Origin: Escherichia coli
Lineage (GTDB): Bacteria; Pseudomonadota; Gammaproteobacteria; Enterobacterales; Enterobacteriaceae
Strand: one strand, 5' to 3'
Length of the DNA: 64,000 nucleotides
Assembly (NCBI RefSeq): GCF_009931435.1
Contig: NZ_CP043414.1
Made by a program: the position numbers and the translations under genes. The notes beneath the pieces are model-generated. The model saw nothing but the letters and a program-made list of their open reading frames with translations, ran no database searches and was not told where the DNA came from. The number at the start of each line of letters is the position of its first letter. Within the stretch, counting starts at the first letter, position 1. This document shows positions 22,846-32,692 of the stretch, one piece after another.

Positions 22846-23874
22846 ATGAACCACTACACACGCTGGCTTGAGTTAAAAGAACAAAATCCCGGAAAGTACG
22901 CGCGTGACATCGCAGGTTTAATGAATATTAGCGAAGCAGAACTGGCATTTGCGCGCGTCACGCACGATGCGTGGCGGATGTGCGGCGATATCCGTGACAT
23001 TCTGGCGGCGCTCGAAAGTGTTGGCGAGACCAAATGTATTTGTCGTAATGAATATGCAGTCCATGAGCAAGTTGGTGCGTTCACAAACCAGCATTTAAAC
23101 GGACATGCCGGATTGATCCTCAATCCGCGCGCGCTGGATTTGCGTCTGTTTCTCAATCAATGGGCCAGTGTTTTCCACATCAAAGAAAATACGACTCGTG
23201 GCGAACGCCAGAGTATTCAGTTCTTTGATCATCAGGGCGATGCATTACTAAAAGTTTATGCCACCGACAATACCGATATGGCGGCATGGAGTGAGCTTCT
23301 GGCACGGTTTATCACCGATGAGAATACGCCGCTTGAGTTAAAAGCCGTTGATGCGCCAGTTGTTCAAACGCGAGCCGATGCCAGTGTGGTCGAGCAAGAG
23401 TGGCGGGCGATGACCGACGTTCATCAGTTTTTTACGTTGCTCAAGCGCCACAACCTGACGCGCCAACAGGCGTTCAATTTGGTGGCAGATGATTTGGCCT
23501 GCAAAGTATCCAACAGTGCGTTGGCGCAAATTCTTGAATCTGCACAGCAGGATGGCAATGAAATCATGGTGTTTGTTGGCAACCGTGGCTGCGTACAGAT
23601 TTTCACTGGCGTGGTAGAAAAAGTGGTGCCAATGAAAGGTTGGCTGAATATTTTTAACCCGACGTTTACTCTTCATCTATTAGAAGAGAGCATTGCTGAA
23701 ACCTGGGTAACCCGTAAACCTGCTAGTGACGGTTATGTGACCAGTCTGGAATTGTTTGCCCATGATGGTACGCAGATAGCGCAACTTTATGGTCAACGTA
23801 CAGAAGGCGAACAGGAGCAAGCGCAATGGCGTAAGCAAATTGCTTCGCTGATACCGGAAGGCGTTACTGCATAA
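22846..23874 (+). CDS. chuS: Heme oxygenase / hemin-degrading protein ChuS
   Basis: 342 aa directly downstream of chuA. Confidence 0.85.
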   Translation: MNHYTRWLELKEQNPGKYARDIAGLMNISEAELAFARVTHDAWRMCGDIRDILAALESVGETKCICRNEYAVHEQVGAFTNQHLNGHAGLILNPRALDLRLFLNQWASVFHIKENTTRGERQSIQFFDHQGDALLKVYATDNTDMAAWSELLARFITDENTPLELKAVDAPVVQTRADASVVEQEWRAMTDVHQFFTLLKRHNLTRQQAFNLVADDLACKVSNSALAQILESAQQDGNEIMVFVGNRGCVQIFTGVVEKVVPMKGWLNIFNPTFTLHLLEESIAETWVTRKPASDGYVTSLELFAHDGTQIAQLYGQRTEGEQEQAQWRKQIASLIPEGVTA

Positions 23875-23934
23875 CGTATAATTAAAGGGAGGTCTGGCTA
23901 TTTATTGCTGGGCCTCTTTATATTAATCAATCGA

Positions 23935-24465
23935 TCACACCAGATAATCAATATGCTGATGGCGTACCAACTCATTGATCCGCTTAAGATTGAGGATCAT
24001 CATGATATTGTGTTTATGGCAGTAGAACGTTTTTAGCGATATTTTCAGTTTCTCCAGAATATCTTCCGTTGTCATTTGATTCGCAATGCAGCTCAGAACC
24101 TGATGCTGCTTGCGCGAAAGGGACACATCCGCTTCAGGCACAGAGCAGTAACTGCCATTGATGAGTGCGACAAAGTCGATGATGGTGATAGTTCGCGGAA
24201 CAAAGGTCACCGGTACTTTCCCCAGGCAGCGTTTAATATTAAAGGGAGAGAAAATAATCACATGGACAGGTTTTAATCGTTCAATCTGAGTGAGCAAATT
24301 AGAATGAAATACATTATTCATTAATGTATCAATAATGACGAAGGCATGCTGATGCAACATTACGTCGATCTCTTCTTCGTTCTGTATATGAACGACATTA
24401 CCTTTGCTCAGAATGTTTTTCATCGCAGTGAAGAACATCGTATCCCTGGTAATTATAAGAAACAT
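23935..24465 (-). CDS. dctR: LuxR-family regulator DctR (YhiF)
   Basis: 176 aa with C-terminal LuxR-type HTH; adjacent to slp. Confidence 0.8.
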   Translation of the reverse strand: MFLIITRDTMFFTAMKNILSKGNVVHIQNEEEIDVMLHQHAFVIIDTLMNNVFHSNLLTQIERLKPVHVIIFSPFNIKRCLGKVPVTFVPRTITIIDFVALINGSYCSVPEADVSLSRKQHQVLSCIANQMTTEDILEKLKISLKTFYCHKHNIMMILNLKRINELVRHQHIDYLV

Positions 24466-24620
24466 AACCGACTCCTGGTGCGGACATTAACTTTATAATC
24501 AGTTTGCCAAAGGTAATTAACAGGACAGGGCTTATAATAATAATAGTTAGCTGGCTGTGTATTAATTTAATGTAATGCATGATGCAGATGCTGAGAAAGC
24601 ATCTGCATCTCTCGGTGGTG

Positions 24621-25187
24621 TTATTTGACCAGCTCAGGTGTTACTTGACTCACCGCATTGGTGTAGTAAGGCGCGCCCCAGCCCGGTTCCGGCCAGAATG
24701 CACCATAGCCGTAATCCCACAGGTTATAGGTGGTATTAACCACTTCTCTCAAATGCCACACCTGGATTCCCTGCATATTCACTTCCAGGAAGTTATACGG
24801 GACTTTATTGATAAAGCCAGGTTGTTCACCCTGAATGGTACCGAGGATGGTAACAAAGTGATTACGATAGTTCACTGGATCAAGGAAGCCGCTTTGTCTG
24901 GCGAGCAGTCGGCCCTGATAGTTGGCTTCAATATCAGGCTTCGCATAGCTATCCAACGGTAATACAGCGATTTCTAACAACGTATCCGTTTTGCCATTGA
25001 TAACGTTGATAACCTTCCCGCCAAAGCGCGCTTGTTGACCAACATATAACCCCGGCTGGTTATGAACAGCAACAAAACTTTTTTGGATATCAGGTTGGTT
25101 ATTGCCTTTGATATTTTGCGGAATTGAACTACATGCGGCAAGCAAAAATGAAAGGCTGAGGATGAGTGCACCTTTTGTCATGTTCAT
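24621..25187 (-). CDS. slp: Outer membrane lipoprotein Slp
   Basis: 188 aa from MNMTKGALILSLSFLLAAC (lipobox LAAC). Confidence 0.82.
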   Translation of the reverse strand: MNMTKGALILSLSFLLAACSSIPQNIKGNNQPDIQKSFVAVHNQPGLYVGQQARFGGKVINVINGKTDTLLEIAVLPLDSYAKPDIEANYQGRLLARQSGFLDPVNYRNHFVTILGTIQGEQPGFINKVPYNFLEVNMQGIQVWHLREVVNTTYNLWDYGYGAFWPEPGWGAPYYTNAVSQVTPELVK

Positions 25188-25431
25188 GTTACTATCCTTA
25201 TCAACAAATATTAAAACCATAATAGATATTTCTTTATAGTTTTCATCTGATTCTGAGGCGATATGCCTGATAGTAACGTAAACCTGTCTGATGTTTATAT
25301 CCCTTCAATTCAATTTAGATAATTATGGGGCGTGACATGAGTATGACATCGCCCCATGATATTAGCGACATATTTTAAAAATACTTAAAATATATTTTTA
25401 TTCATTAGTTATAAAGTGCTAATGTTCAAAA

Positions 25432-26664
25432 TTATGGTATTATATTCTGGTAATGCTTCGATAAGCGAATTCTTTTACCAGTTGGTAATTTTATTTCCAC
25501 CCCGTAATTTATATCTTTTTCATTAGGTAGTGGCCTCTTTAAATAATGACTGTGCGATATTTTTTCGAGTTGAAGCGTCCTGTATTTAAAAGCATTGAAT
25601 TCATCTTTAGACATTGTTGCCCATTTTTTAATTTTATTGTATAGGTGGTCTGTCGTAACAATTTGAAGTTGCTCGTAACATTCCTTTTGGAATTCTTGCT
25701 GATATTTTAATATATCTTTAAATGTAAGGTTTTTTACCTTTGTCTTTAAAAGTTGTATTATCGTTGAAGCAATTTCAGATTTTGCTCGCAAAGATTCATC
25801 ATTTATAGTCAACAGTGTTGAAAACAATCCATCAATTTGTTTGTCAAGGTACTGATCATAGTTATGTAATTTTTGGATGGGATGTTTTTTATGTAAAAAA
25901 ATAGTATTTAATAAATTTGCGTCAGTGAAATCTATATTGAGCAAATCTTCATAATAAAATTTTGACAAGGTCAGAACGAGCCCTGACATGTCTTGTCCTG
26001 TCATATTGAAATTAATAAAGTCACATCCAGAAAATACATTCATCCTGTTTTCATTTTCACTATGCGCAACATACAATTTGGCCAGTTTCAGATACAAGCT
26101 TTGAATGTCTTTTATCTCAGATGGTAAGTCTGCTCGTTGCCCAGCGAAAATGTTATTATCTGAGCAAACAGTTTGGATGCTGAATGTTTTAGGGATTTCC
26201 TCTTCTATGAGAATTCTTGTTGTGATTGGTCTGTTGGGTGTTGGATTAACGACTACAATGATTTGACATTCAGAATCTTTATCTTCTTGGTATATAATTT
26301 TATTTATCTGATTAAATATTGTTTGCGTCTGTTGCGTGAGTGGCTTTGAATCTATCGATTCAATGTTATTAATAATATTCACAAGTTGATCTACAACTCG
26401 TGAATATTCTGCATCTGTAAATGGGGGGATTGTGTGGCACTCATTAATTTGTTGTGATTGTTTTTGCACAAAATATAATTGTTCAGGATGGTTTTCTTCA
26501 CCTGGGAATGAGAAATTAATGAGTTGTTTTTCGCTATTATCATAAGGGCGCTTTGAAGTCTCCGGGGCTTTAACATCATTAAATATTTTGTCAGTATTTA
26601 TAGTACAATTATAAATATCACCATTATATATATTTATTATACCAGGGGTAAAATCAATTGACAT
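25432..26664 (-). CDS. yhiS: Low-GC hypothetical protein (YhiS-like) with a pentapeptide-repeat-like segment
   Basis: 410 aa ORF, strongly AT-rich, flanked by long AT-rich intergenic regions; located between slp and arsC where yhiS lies in E. coli. Function unknown. Confidence 0.6.
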   Translation of the reverse strand: MSIDFTPGIINIYNGDIYNCTINTDKIFNDVKAPETSKRPYDNSEKQLINFSFPGEENHPEQLYFVQKQSQQINECHTIPPFTDAEYSRVVDQLVNIINNIESIDSKPLTQQTQTIFNQINKIIYQEDKDSECQIIVVVNPTPNRPITTRILIEEEIPKTFSIQTVCSDNNIFAGQRADLPSEIKDIQSLYLKLAKLYVAHSENENRMNVFSGCDFINFNMTGQDMSGLVLTLSKFYYEDLLNIDFTDANLLNTIFLHKKHPIQKLHNYDQYLDKQIDGLFSTLLTINDESLRAKSEIASTIIQLLKTKVKNLTFKDILKYQQEFQKECYEQLQIVTTDHLYNKIKKWATMSKDEFNAFKYRTLQLEKISHSHYLKRPLPNEKDINYGVEIKLPTGKRIRLSKHYQNIIP

Positions 26665-27185
26665 AACATTCCTTATTGATCATCTTTTTTGCAAAATTTT
26701 TAGTTAATATGATAATTAGAGATATGAAATGATTTCCTTCAATGCAGCTATAAATACGATGCGACATATCTTCCTGATATAATTATCTTTAACTTCCATT
26801 TTATTTCTATGTGGTAATGTTTGAGTATAAAAAGGCAGTGATAGTATCGTAAAATAATGCGCTAGCAACTATCAAAAAACGCTCATTTTAAAAGGTTATG
26901 ATATGCTTTGAAGGTGTATGAGGTGAAATTTTAGTGATCTTTTTTAAGTGTAGCAATAAAATTGGTTAAGCTGTATTGAAATTATTTAAAGAAGTGTTGC
27001 ATTAGTATCTGAAATTTTTCCTTTAAAAGGGAGGATGAGACAAAAATGCGCAGCTTCGGCGCTAAAAATTCTTTAGTTTGATTTTGTTAACTTTAAAATA
27101 GCATCTGAGTCATATAGCTATACCTAAAATAACCGTCATAAATGCCACTTAGCAAAACAGATGGCGAAGGAGCCACGAAGAACAA

Positions 27186-27209
27186 ATAAGGGGGCATATC
27201 CCCCTTTAG
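27186..27209 (-). terminator. Rho-independent terminator after arsC
   Basis: Minus-strand hairpin aagggggatatgccccctt followed by a U-rich tract. Confidence 0.6.
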
Positions 27210-27635
27210 TTATTTCAGGCGTTTACCCGCTTCATCAACCACTTTCTCGCCATCTTCCTTGGTGAACGCGCCTTGTTGCGCATCTGGCAGAATTTCCAGC
27301 ACGACTTCTGAAGGGCGGCACAGGCGAGTTCCCAGCGACGTCACTACAATCGGGCGATTAATCAGAATCGGGTGCTGAAGCATAAAGTCGATTAACCGAT
27401 CGTCAGTAAATTTATCTTCTGCAAGGCCCAGTTCCTCATACGGCTCAACGTTTTTACGCAACAGCGCACGAACGGAAATCCCCATATCGGCAATGAGCTT
27501 GACCAGTTCATCGCGCGTTGGCGGTGTTTCCAGATAATAGATAATGGTCGGTTCTGTACCGCTGTTGCGGATCATCTCCAGCGTATTACGCGACGTGCCG
27601 CAGGCCGGGTTGTGATAAATAGTAATGTTGCTCAT
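27210..27635 (-). CDS. arsC: Arsenate reductase (glutaredoxin-dependent)
   Basis: 141 aa, MSNITIYHNPACGTSRNTL (catalytic Cys12 motif). Confidence 0.92.
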   Translation of the reverse strand: MSNITIYHNPACGTSRNTLEMIRNSGTEPTIIYYLETPPTRDELVKLIADMGISVRALLRKNVEPYEELGLAEDKFTDDRLIDFMLQHPILINRPIVVTSLGTRLCRPSEVVLEILPDAQQGAFTKEDGEKVVDEAGKRLK

Positions 27636-27647
27636 ATCAGTATCTCA

Positions 27648-28937
27648 TTACGATGTGAAAGAGAGACGAAGCGCCAGCGCGGTAAGCGTCACAAACAGCA
27701 CCGGCAGGGTCATGATAATCCCTGTACGGAAGTAATATCCCCAGCTGATAGTCATATTCTTCTGCGAAAGTACGTGCAGCCAGAGTAGCGTTGCCAGGCT
27801 ACCAATCGGTGTAATTTTCGGCCCCAAATCGCAGCCAATCACGTTGGCATAAACCATCGCTTCTTTTATGACACCAGACGCCGTGCTGCCATCAATGGAC
27901 AACGCGCCAACCAGTACCGTCGGCATATTGTTCATAATAGAAGAGAGGAACGCAGTGAGGAATCCGGTACCGAGCGTCGCGGCCCACAGGCCGTTATCCG
28001 CCAGCACGTTGAGTACGTCAGAAAGATATTCCGTGAGTCCGGCATTGCGCAGGCCGTAAACCACCAGATACATGCCGAGCGAGAAGATGACAATCTGCCA
28101 GGGAGCACCGCGCAGCACTTTACCCGTATTAATCGCATGACCGCGTTTAGCGACGGCAAATAATATCAGCGCGCCTACTGCCGCAATGGCGCTTACCGGA
28201 ATGCCGAGCGGTTCCAGGACGAAAAATCCCACCAGCAGAAGCAGTAAAACAACCCAGCCAGTTTTGAACGTCGCAGGATCTTTAATCGCATCTGCGGGAG
28301 ATTTTAGCAGCGCCATGTCGTAGTTCTGCGGAATATCTTTGCGGAAATAGAGATGCAACATCACCAGGGTAGCCAGTATTGCAGCGATATCCACCGGCAC
28401 CATCACCGAGGCATATTCGCGAAAACCAAGGCCAAAGAAATCTGCTGAAACGATATTCACCAGGTTAGAGACAATAAGCGGCAGGCTGGCGGTATCGGCA
28501 ATGAATCCGGCCGCCATAACAAACGCCAGCGTAGTGCCTTTGCTGAACCCTAAAGCCAGCAGCATGGCGATGACAATCGGCGTCAAAATAAGCGCCGCGC
28601 CATCATTGGCAAACAGGGCCGCAACGGTAGCACCGAGCAGGACAATCCAGGTAAACAGCAAGCGACCGCGCCCATTGCCCCAGCGTGAGACGTGCAGCGC
28701 CGCCCATTCAAAAAAGCCGGACTCATCCAGCAGCAAGCTGATGATAATGACGGCTATAAACGCAGCCGTCGCGTTCCAGACGATATTCCACACCACCGGA
28801 ATATCGCCCGGATGGACCACGCCCGTCATTAATGCCAGTACCGCACCGAGCGTAGCACTCCAGCCGATACCTAAACCTTTCGGCTGCCAGATAACCAATA
28901 CGATGGTCAGGACAAAGATAGCGCCCGCCAGTAACAT
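27648..28937 (-). CDS. arsB: Arsenite/antimonite efflux pump ArsB
   Basis: About 429 aa polytopic membrane protein; start taken at [10 protein letters not shown]. Confidence 0.9.
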   Translation of the reverse strand: MLLAGAIFVLTIVLVIWQPKGLGIGWSATLGAVLALMTGVVHPGDIPVVWNIVWNATAAFIAVIIISLLLDESGFFEWAALHVSRWGNGRGRLLFTWIVLLGATVAALFANDGAALILTPIVIAMLLALGFSKGTTLAFVMAAGFIADTASLPLIVSNLVNIVSADFFGLGFREYASVMVPVDIAAILATLVMLHLYFRKDIPQNYDMALLKSPADAIKDPATFKTGWVVLLLLLVGFFVLEPLGIPVSAIAAVGALILFAVAKRGHAINTGKVLRGAPWQIVIFSLGMYLVVYGLRNAGLTEYLSDVLNVLADNGLWAATLGTGFLTAFLSSIMNNMPTVLVGALSIDGSTASGVIKEAMVYANVIGCDLGPKITPIGSLATLLWLHVLSQKNMTISWGYYFRTGIIMTLPVLFVTLTALALRLSFTS

Positions 28938-28991
28938 CATGCCTCCTGGATAAAACACATTCGAATATTCATATGTGTTTAGATAAATTTT

Positions 28992-29345
28992 TTAACTACA
29001 AATATTCTTACTGTCTGCGGAACAATTTTGTCTGGCGAGGTTACGGACAATCACCTGAACCTTTTCCTGTTCGCATCGCCAGGCCTGCTCAATAATTTTC
29101 GCCGCCCATGCTGGAATATGCGGCGATAAACGGTAATGAACCCACTTTCCTTGCTTGCGGTCCAGCAATAGCCCACTTTCACGCAGTAATGCCAGATGGC
29201 GGGAGATCTTGGGCTGCGACTGATCGAGGGCAGTGCAGAGATCGCAGACGCATAACTCACCCAGTTCGCTGAGCAGTAAAACGATGCCCAGACGGGTTTC
29301 ATCGGCAAGAATTTTGAAGAGTTGGATGGGTAACAGAAATGACAT
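28992..29345 (-). CDS. arsR: Arsenical resistance operon repressor ArsR
   Basis: 117 aa with the metal-binding ELCVCDLC motif and winged HTH. Confidence 0.92.
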   Translation of the reverse strand: MSFLLPIQLFKILADETRLGIVLLLSELGELCVCDLCTALDQSQPKISRHLALLRESGLLLDRKQGKWVHYRLSPHIPAWAAKIIEQAWRCEQEKVQVIVRNLARQNCSADSKNICS

Positions 29346-29496
29346 ATTACGCTCCTGATTGTTGCACTTAGTGTCTCTCTTCGAAGCGGATAAGTCAAAA
29401 ACATATATGACTTAACGAATATGTAAGTGTAGAGAAAGGTATAGGTGTGAATTAAGCGTTGGGTGTTCATTTGAAAGGAAGTCTGAATCAGGATGT

Positions 29497-29580
29497 AAAA
29501 AAACCGACTTTGCGTCGGTTTTTTACTCTTCAGCCAGAGTTGGTGGCTCTGGCTGGAGTGAGAATGCCCACATCTAACGG
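29497..29580 (-). ncRNA. agrA: agrA-like small RNA (dinQ-repeat unit 1)
   Basis: First copy of the repeated element ending, on the minus strand, in a hairpin (ccgacgcaaagtcgg) plus U-run; homologous to the dinQ leader. Boundaries and strand rest partly on remembered literature. Confidence 0.45.
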
Positions 29581-29729
29581 TTCAATACTATTAGCCAGTG
29601 GCTAACATTGCAAGCGTTAGCGATTTCTTCAGCTGGCGAAGGGACAGTTTGCTATACATGGTGGTGAAAGAGGATTGATATACTTTCATCGGGTCGCTGC
29701 CGTACCAAGCCTTGTCCGAATCCGGACGT

Positions 29730-29813
29730 AAAAAAACCGACTTCGCGTCGGTTTTTTTACTCTTCAGCCCAGAGTTGGTGGCTCTGGCTGGAGTGAGATA
29801 GCCATCATCTAAC
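29730..29813 (-). ncRNA. agrB: agrB-like antisense small RNA (dinQ-repeat unit 2)
   Basis: Second copy of the same repeat with a terminator hairpin (ccgacgcgaagtcgg) plus U-run on the minus strand. Confidence 0.45.
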
Positions 29814-30086
29814 ACATCAATGCTAATACCATACTGAAACCATTGCAAGGACATGCTGGTTTTATAACCCGCAAGTACTGTATGATTATCCAGTTGGCTC
29901 TGAGGCATTTTCACTCTGGCAATGCGCATAAACGCTTTCAAAGTCCTGATCAGTGGTACGGGTGGTGCCGTTAACTGATGCTCTGGCAGGAGTGAGATTG
30001 CCCACATCTAACAATGAGGCATGCGCCGTGACAGGCAGTGGATGAGTAAGCGGATGCATTCTCACTCCATCGCATGGAGAAAACGG

Positions 30087-30170
30087 GTGATTGATAAAGC
30101 AATCATCGTTCTTGGGGCGTTAATTGCGCTGCTGGAACTGATCCGCTTCCTGCTTCAGCTTCTGAACTGA
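30087..30170 (+). CDS. dinQ: DinQ, small hydrophobic type I toxin peptide
   Basis: 27-codon ORF encoding (V/M)IDKAIIVLGALIALLELIRFLLQLLN, single TM helix, in the arsR-gor intergenic region. Confidence 0.6.
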   Translation: MIDKAIIVLGALIALLELIRFLLQLLN

Positions 30171-30187
30171 TAGCGGAAACGTAACTA

Positions 30188-30220
30188 AGGGCAAAGAGCA
30201 CACCACTCTTTGCCCTTTAA
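30188..30220. terminator. Bidirectional hairpin between dinQ and gor
   Basis: agggcaaagag ... ctctttgccct followed by T-rich sequence; gor converges from the other side. Confidence 0.55.
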
Positions 30221-30223
30221 CAT

Positions 30224-31576
30224 TTAACGCATGGTAACGAACTCTTCTGCCGCCGTTGGGTGAATGGCGACGGTATTGTCGAAGTCTTTTTTGGTTGCGC
30301 CCATCTTCAGCGCCACTGCGAAGCCCTGCAACATTTCGTCCATACCAAAACCAATGCCGTGAATACCGACAATCTTCTCTTCTGGTCCAACGCACACCAG
30401 CTTCATGCGGCACGGCTGGCGGTGCGTGGTGACGGCGGTATACATCGCGGTGAAAGAGGATTTATACACTTTCACCTGATCGTCGCCGTACTGCTCGCGC
30501 GCCTGCGGCTCTGTTAAACCAACAGTACCAATCGGCGGATGACTGAAGACCACGGTCGGAATGTTGCTGTAATCCAGATGCTCATCCGGCTTGTTATTAA
30601 ACAGGCGTTCAGAGAGGCGGCGGCCTGCTGCAACTGCCACCGGTGTCAGTTCCACTGCGCCCGTGTTATCGCCCACCGCGTAAATACCTTCAACGTTGGT
30701 ATTTTGATATTTATCGACGACGATATAGCCTTTTTCGTTAGTTTTAACGCCAGCGGCTTCCAGGTTGATGTTGTCATTGGCAGGTTCGCGACCAATCGCC
30801 CAAATCAGGCAATCCACCGTTTCACTGCGACCATCTTCCAGCTCCAGCGTCAGGCTGCCATCGGCATTTTTCACTACCGCTTTCGGGATGGCGTTGGTGT
30901 GCAACTGCGGACCTTCGGCGTTCATCACTTCGACCAGCGTTTCAGAGAGCATCGGGTCGAAGCTGCGCAGCGGCGCATGTTTACGAACAAACAGATGCGT
31001 TTTCGCGCCGAGGCCGTTAATCACGCCCGCCAGTTCAACGGCAATGTAACCTGCGCCAACAACCGCCACGCGCTCTGGCAAAGCAGGCAGGGCGAAGAAG
31101 CCATCGGAATCAATACCGTATTCCACGCCCGGAATATCCGGGTGGCTCGGGCGACCGCCGGTGGCGATCAGGATATGATCGGCCGTGATGGTTTCGCCGT
31201 TTACTTCAATTGTTTTGGCATCAACGAAGCGGGCAAAGCCTTTGATTACATCAACGTTATTTTTACCGAGCACGTTTTCATAGGAGGTATGAATACGGTC
31301 GATATAGGCGGTACGGCTGGCGATCAACGTTTCCCAGTTGAACTTATTGATGGTGGTATCGAAACCATAATCCGGGCCGTACATGTGGATCGCTTCACGG
31401 ATTTGCGCCGCGTGCCACATCACTTTTTTCGGCACGCAGCCAACATTCACGCAGGTGCCGCCCAGTTCTTTGGCTTCAATCAGCGCGCATTTCTGACCGT
31501 ACATAGCCGCGCGGTTGATGGAGGCGATACCGCCGCTGCCGCCGCCGATGGCGATGTAATCATAGTGTTTAGTCAT
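30224..31576 (-). CDS. gor: Glutathione reductase
   Basis: 450 aa; redox-active disulfide motif [16 protein letters not shown] and NADPH Rossmann motifs. Confidence 0.95.
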   Translation of the reverse strand: MTKHYDYIAIGGGSGGIASINRAAMYGQKCALIEAKELGGTCVNVGCVPKKVMWHAAQIREAIHMYGPDYGFDTTINKFNWETLIASRTAYIDRIHTSYENVLGKNNVDVIKGFARFVDAKTIEVNGETITADHILIATGGRPSHPDIPGVEYGIDSDGFFALPALPERVAVVGAGYIAVELAGVINGLGAKTHLFVRKHAPLRSFDPMLSETLVEVMNAEGPQLHTNAIPKAVVKNADGSLTLELEDGRSETVDCLIWAIGREPANDNINLEAAGVKTNEKGYIVVDKYQNTNVEGIYAVGDNTGAVELTPVAVAAGRRLSERLFNNKPDEHLDYSNIPTVVFSHPPIGTVGLTEPQAREQYGDDQVKVYKSSFTAMYTAVTTHRQPCRMKLVCVGPEEKIVGIHGIGFGMDEMLQGFAVALKMGATKKDFDNTVAIHPTAAEEFVTMR

Positions 31577-31647
31577 GACATATTGTCCTTATCGTTGATT
31601 ACCGCGATTGTAGCGCGAGACGTAATAGGTGCCAGCGATGGCTGCAA

Positions 31648-32490
31648 TTACTCTGGCACGATCCAGCTTACGGTGGCATGCCCGGTGCCAGCCGGAACCA
31701 GTTTGCTGTGCAACCACGGCAACACGTTATTCATCTGCTGTTCCAGCTTCCACGGCGGGTTAATCACAATCATGCCGGAAGCGGTCATGCCACGGCGATC
31801 GCTGTCTGGCAGTACCGCCAGTTCAATTTGCATAATCTTGCGAATACCGGTCGCTTCCAGATCGTGGATCATGCGCTTGATTTGCTGACGCAGCACCACT
31901 GGATACCACAGCGCGTAGACGCCTGTGGCAAAACGTTTATACCCCTCGTTAATGCCGCTGACCACCGCCTGATAGTCGGTTTTCATTTCATACGGCGGGT
32001 CGATAAGGATTAAACCACGGCGAGAAACCGGCGGCAGCTTGGCTTTAAGCTGCTGGAAACCGTCGGCTTTTTCCACGCGCGCACGGCTGTCTTTCTGAAA
32101 TTCAGCACGCAGCAACGGGAAATCGCTCGGGTGCAGCTCGGTCAGTTGCAGACTGTCCTGTTCACGCAGTAACTGACGGGCAATCAACGGTGAACCGGGG
32201 TAGTAACGCAACTGACCGCTACGGTTGAAGTGTTTTACCACATTGATGTACGCCTCCAGCTCCGCAGGCAGATCGTCCTGCTGCCAGATACGGGCGATAC
32301 CTTCGAGATATTCGCCGGTACGCTCGGCATGTTCACTGCCTAACTGATAACGCCCCGCACCCGCGTGGGTATCCAGATAGAGAAACGGTTTATCTTTCTC
32401 TTTCAGTGACTCGATGATCAGGCTCTGAACGGTATGTTTAAGGACGTCGGCGTGGTTGCCAGCGTGAAAGCTGTGGCGATAACTGAGCAT
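31648..32490 (-). CDS. rlmJ: 23S rRNA m6A2030 methyltransferase RlmJ (YhiR)
   Basis: 280 aa from MLSYRHSFHAGNHADVLKH; conserved DPPY motif (LILIDPPYE). Confidence 0.82.
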   Translation of the reverse strand: MLSYRHSFHAGNHADVLKHTVQSLIIESLKEKDKPFLYLDTHAGAGRYQLGSEHAERTGEYLEGIARIWQQDDLPAELEAYINVVKHFNRSGQLRYYPGSPLIARQLLREQDSLQLTELHPSDFPLLRAEFQKDSRARVEKADGFQQLKAKLPPVSRRGLILIDPPYEMKTDYQAVVSGINEGYKRFATGVYALWYPVVLRQQIKRMIHDLEATGIRKIMQIELAVLPDSDRRGMTASGMIVINPPWKLEQQMNNVLPWLHSKLVPAGTGHATVSWIVPE

Positions 32491-32692
32491 GGGTAAAGGT
32501 GTTCCGGTAAGTAAAAATCGGCCCGTATTCGGGGCGCACAAAAGCCTATCAGGACAGTATACCGAAAAGAGGCCGTCGCCGCGAAAGCGTAACGTTTCTC
32601 ATTGAAATTCACTACACTTAACCCCATGCTACACACATTATGTAAAGCGCCTGTTGAGCGCTTCCTTAACCTCTTTAACCAGGACTGCGCTA

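Larger units (their letters stand above)
29497..30220. repeat. Three tandem repeat units of about 230-250 bp (agrA / agrB / dinQ)
   Basis: Shared blocks ctcttcagcc(c)agagttggtggctctggctggagtgaga... at about 29525, 29760 and (partial) 29985, with related flanks; includes a segment resembling the gor 3' coding end. Confidence 0.7.

Noticed and set aside
29591-30007. 138 aa minus-strand ORF spanning the agrA/agrB repeat units
   Set aside because: It runs through terminator hairpins and repeat units; its apparent coding similarity comes from the gor-derived fragment. Better explained as sRNA and repeat sequence.
30539-31888. 449 aa plus-strand ORF lying entirely antisense to gor
   Set aside because: It lies opposite a confidently identified, motif-bearing gene (gor); long stop-free antisense frames are common in GC-rich coding sequence; no RBS or motif support.
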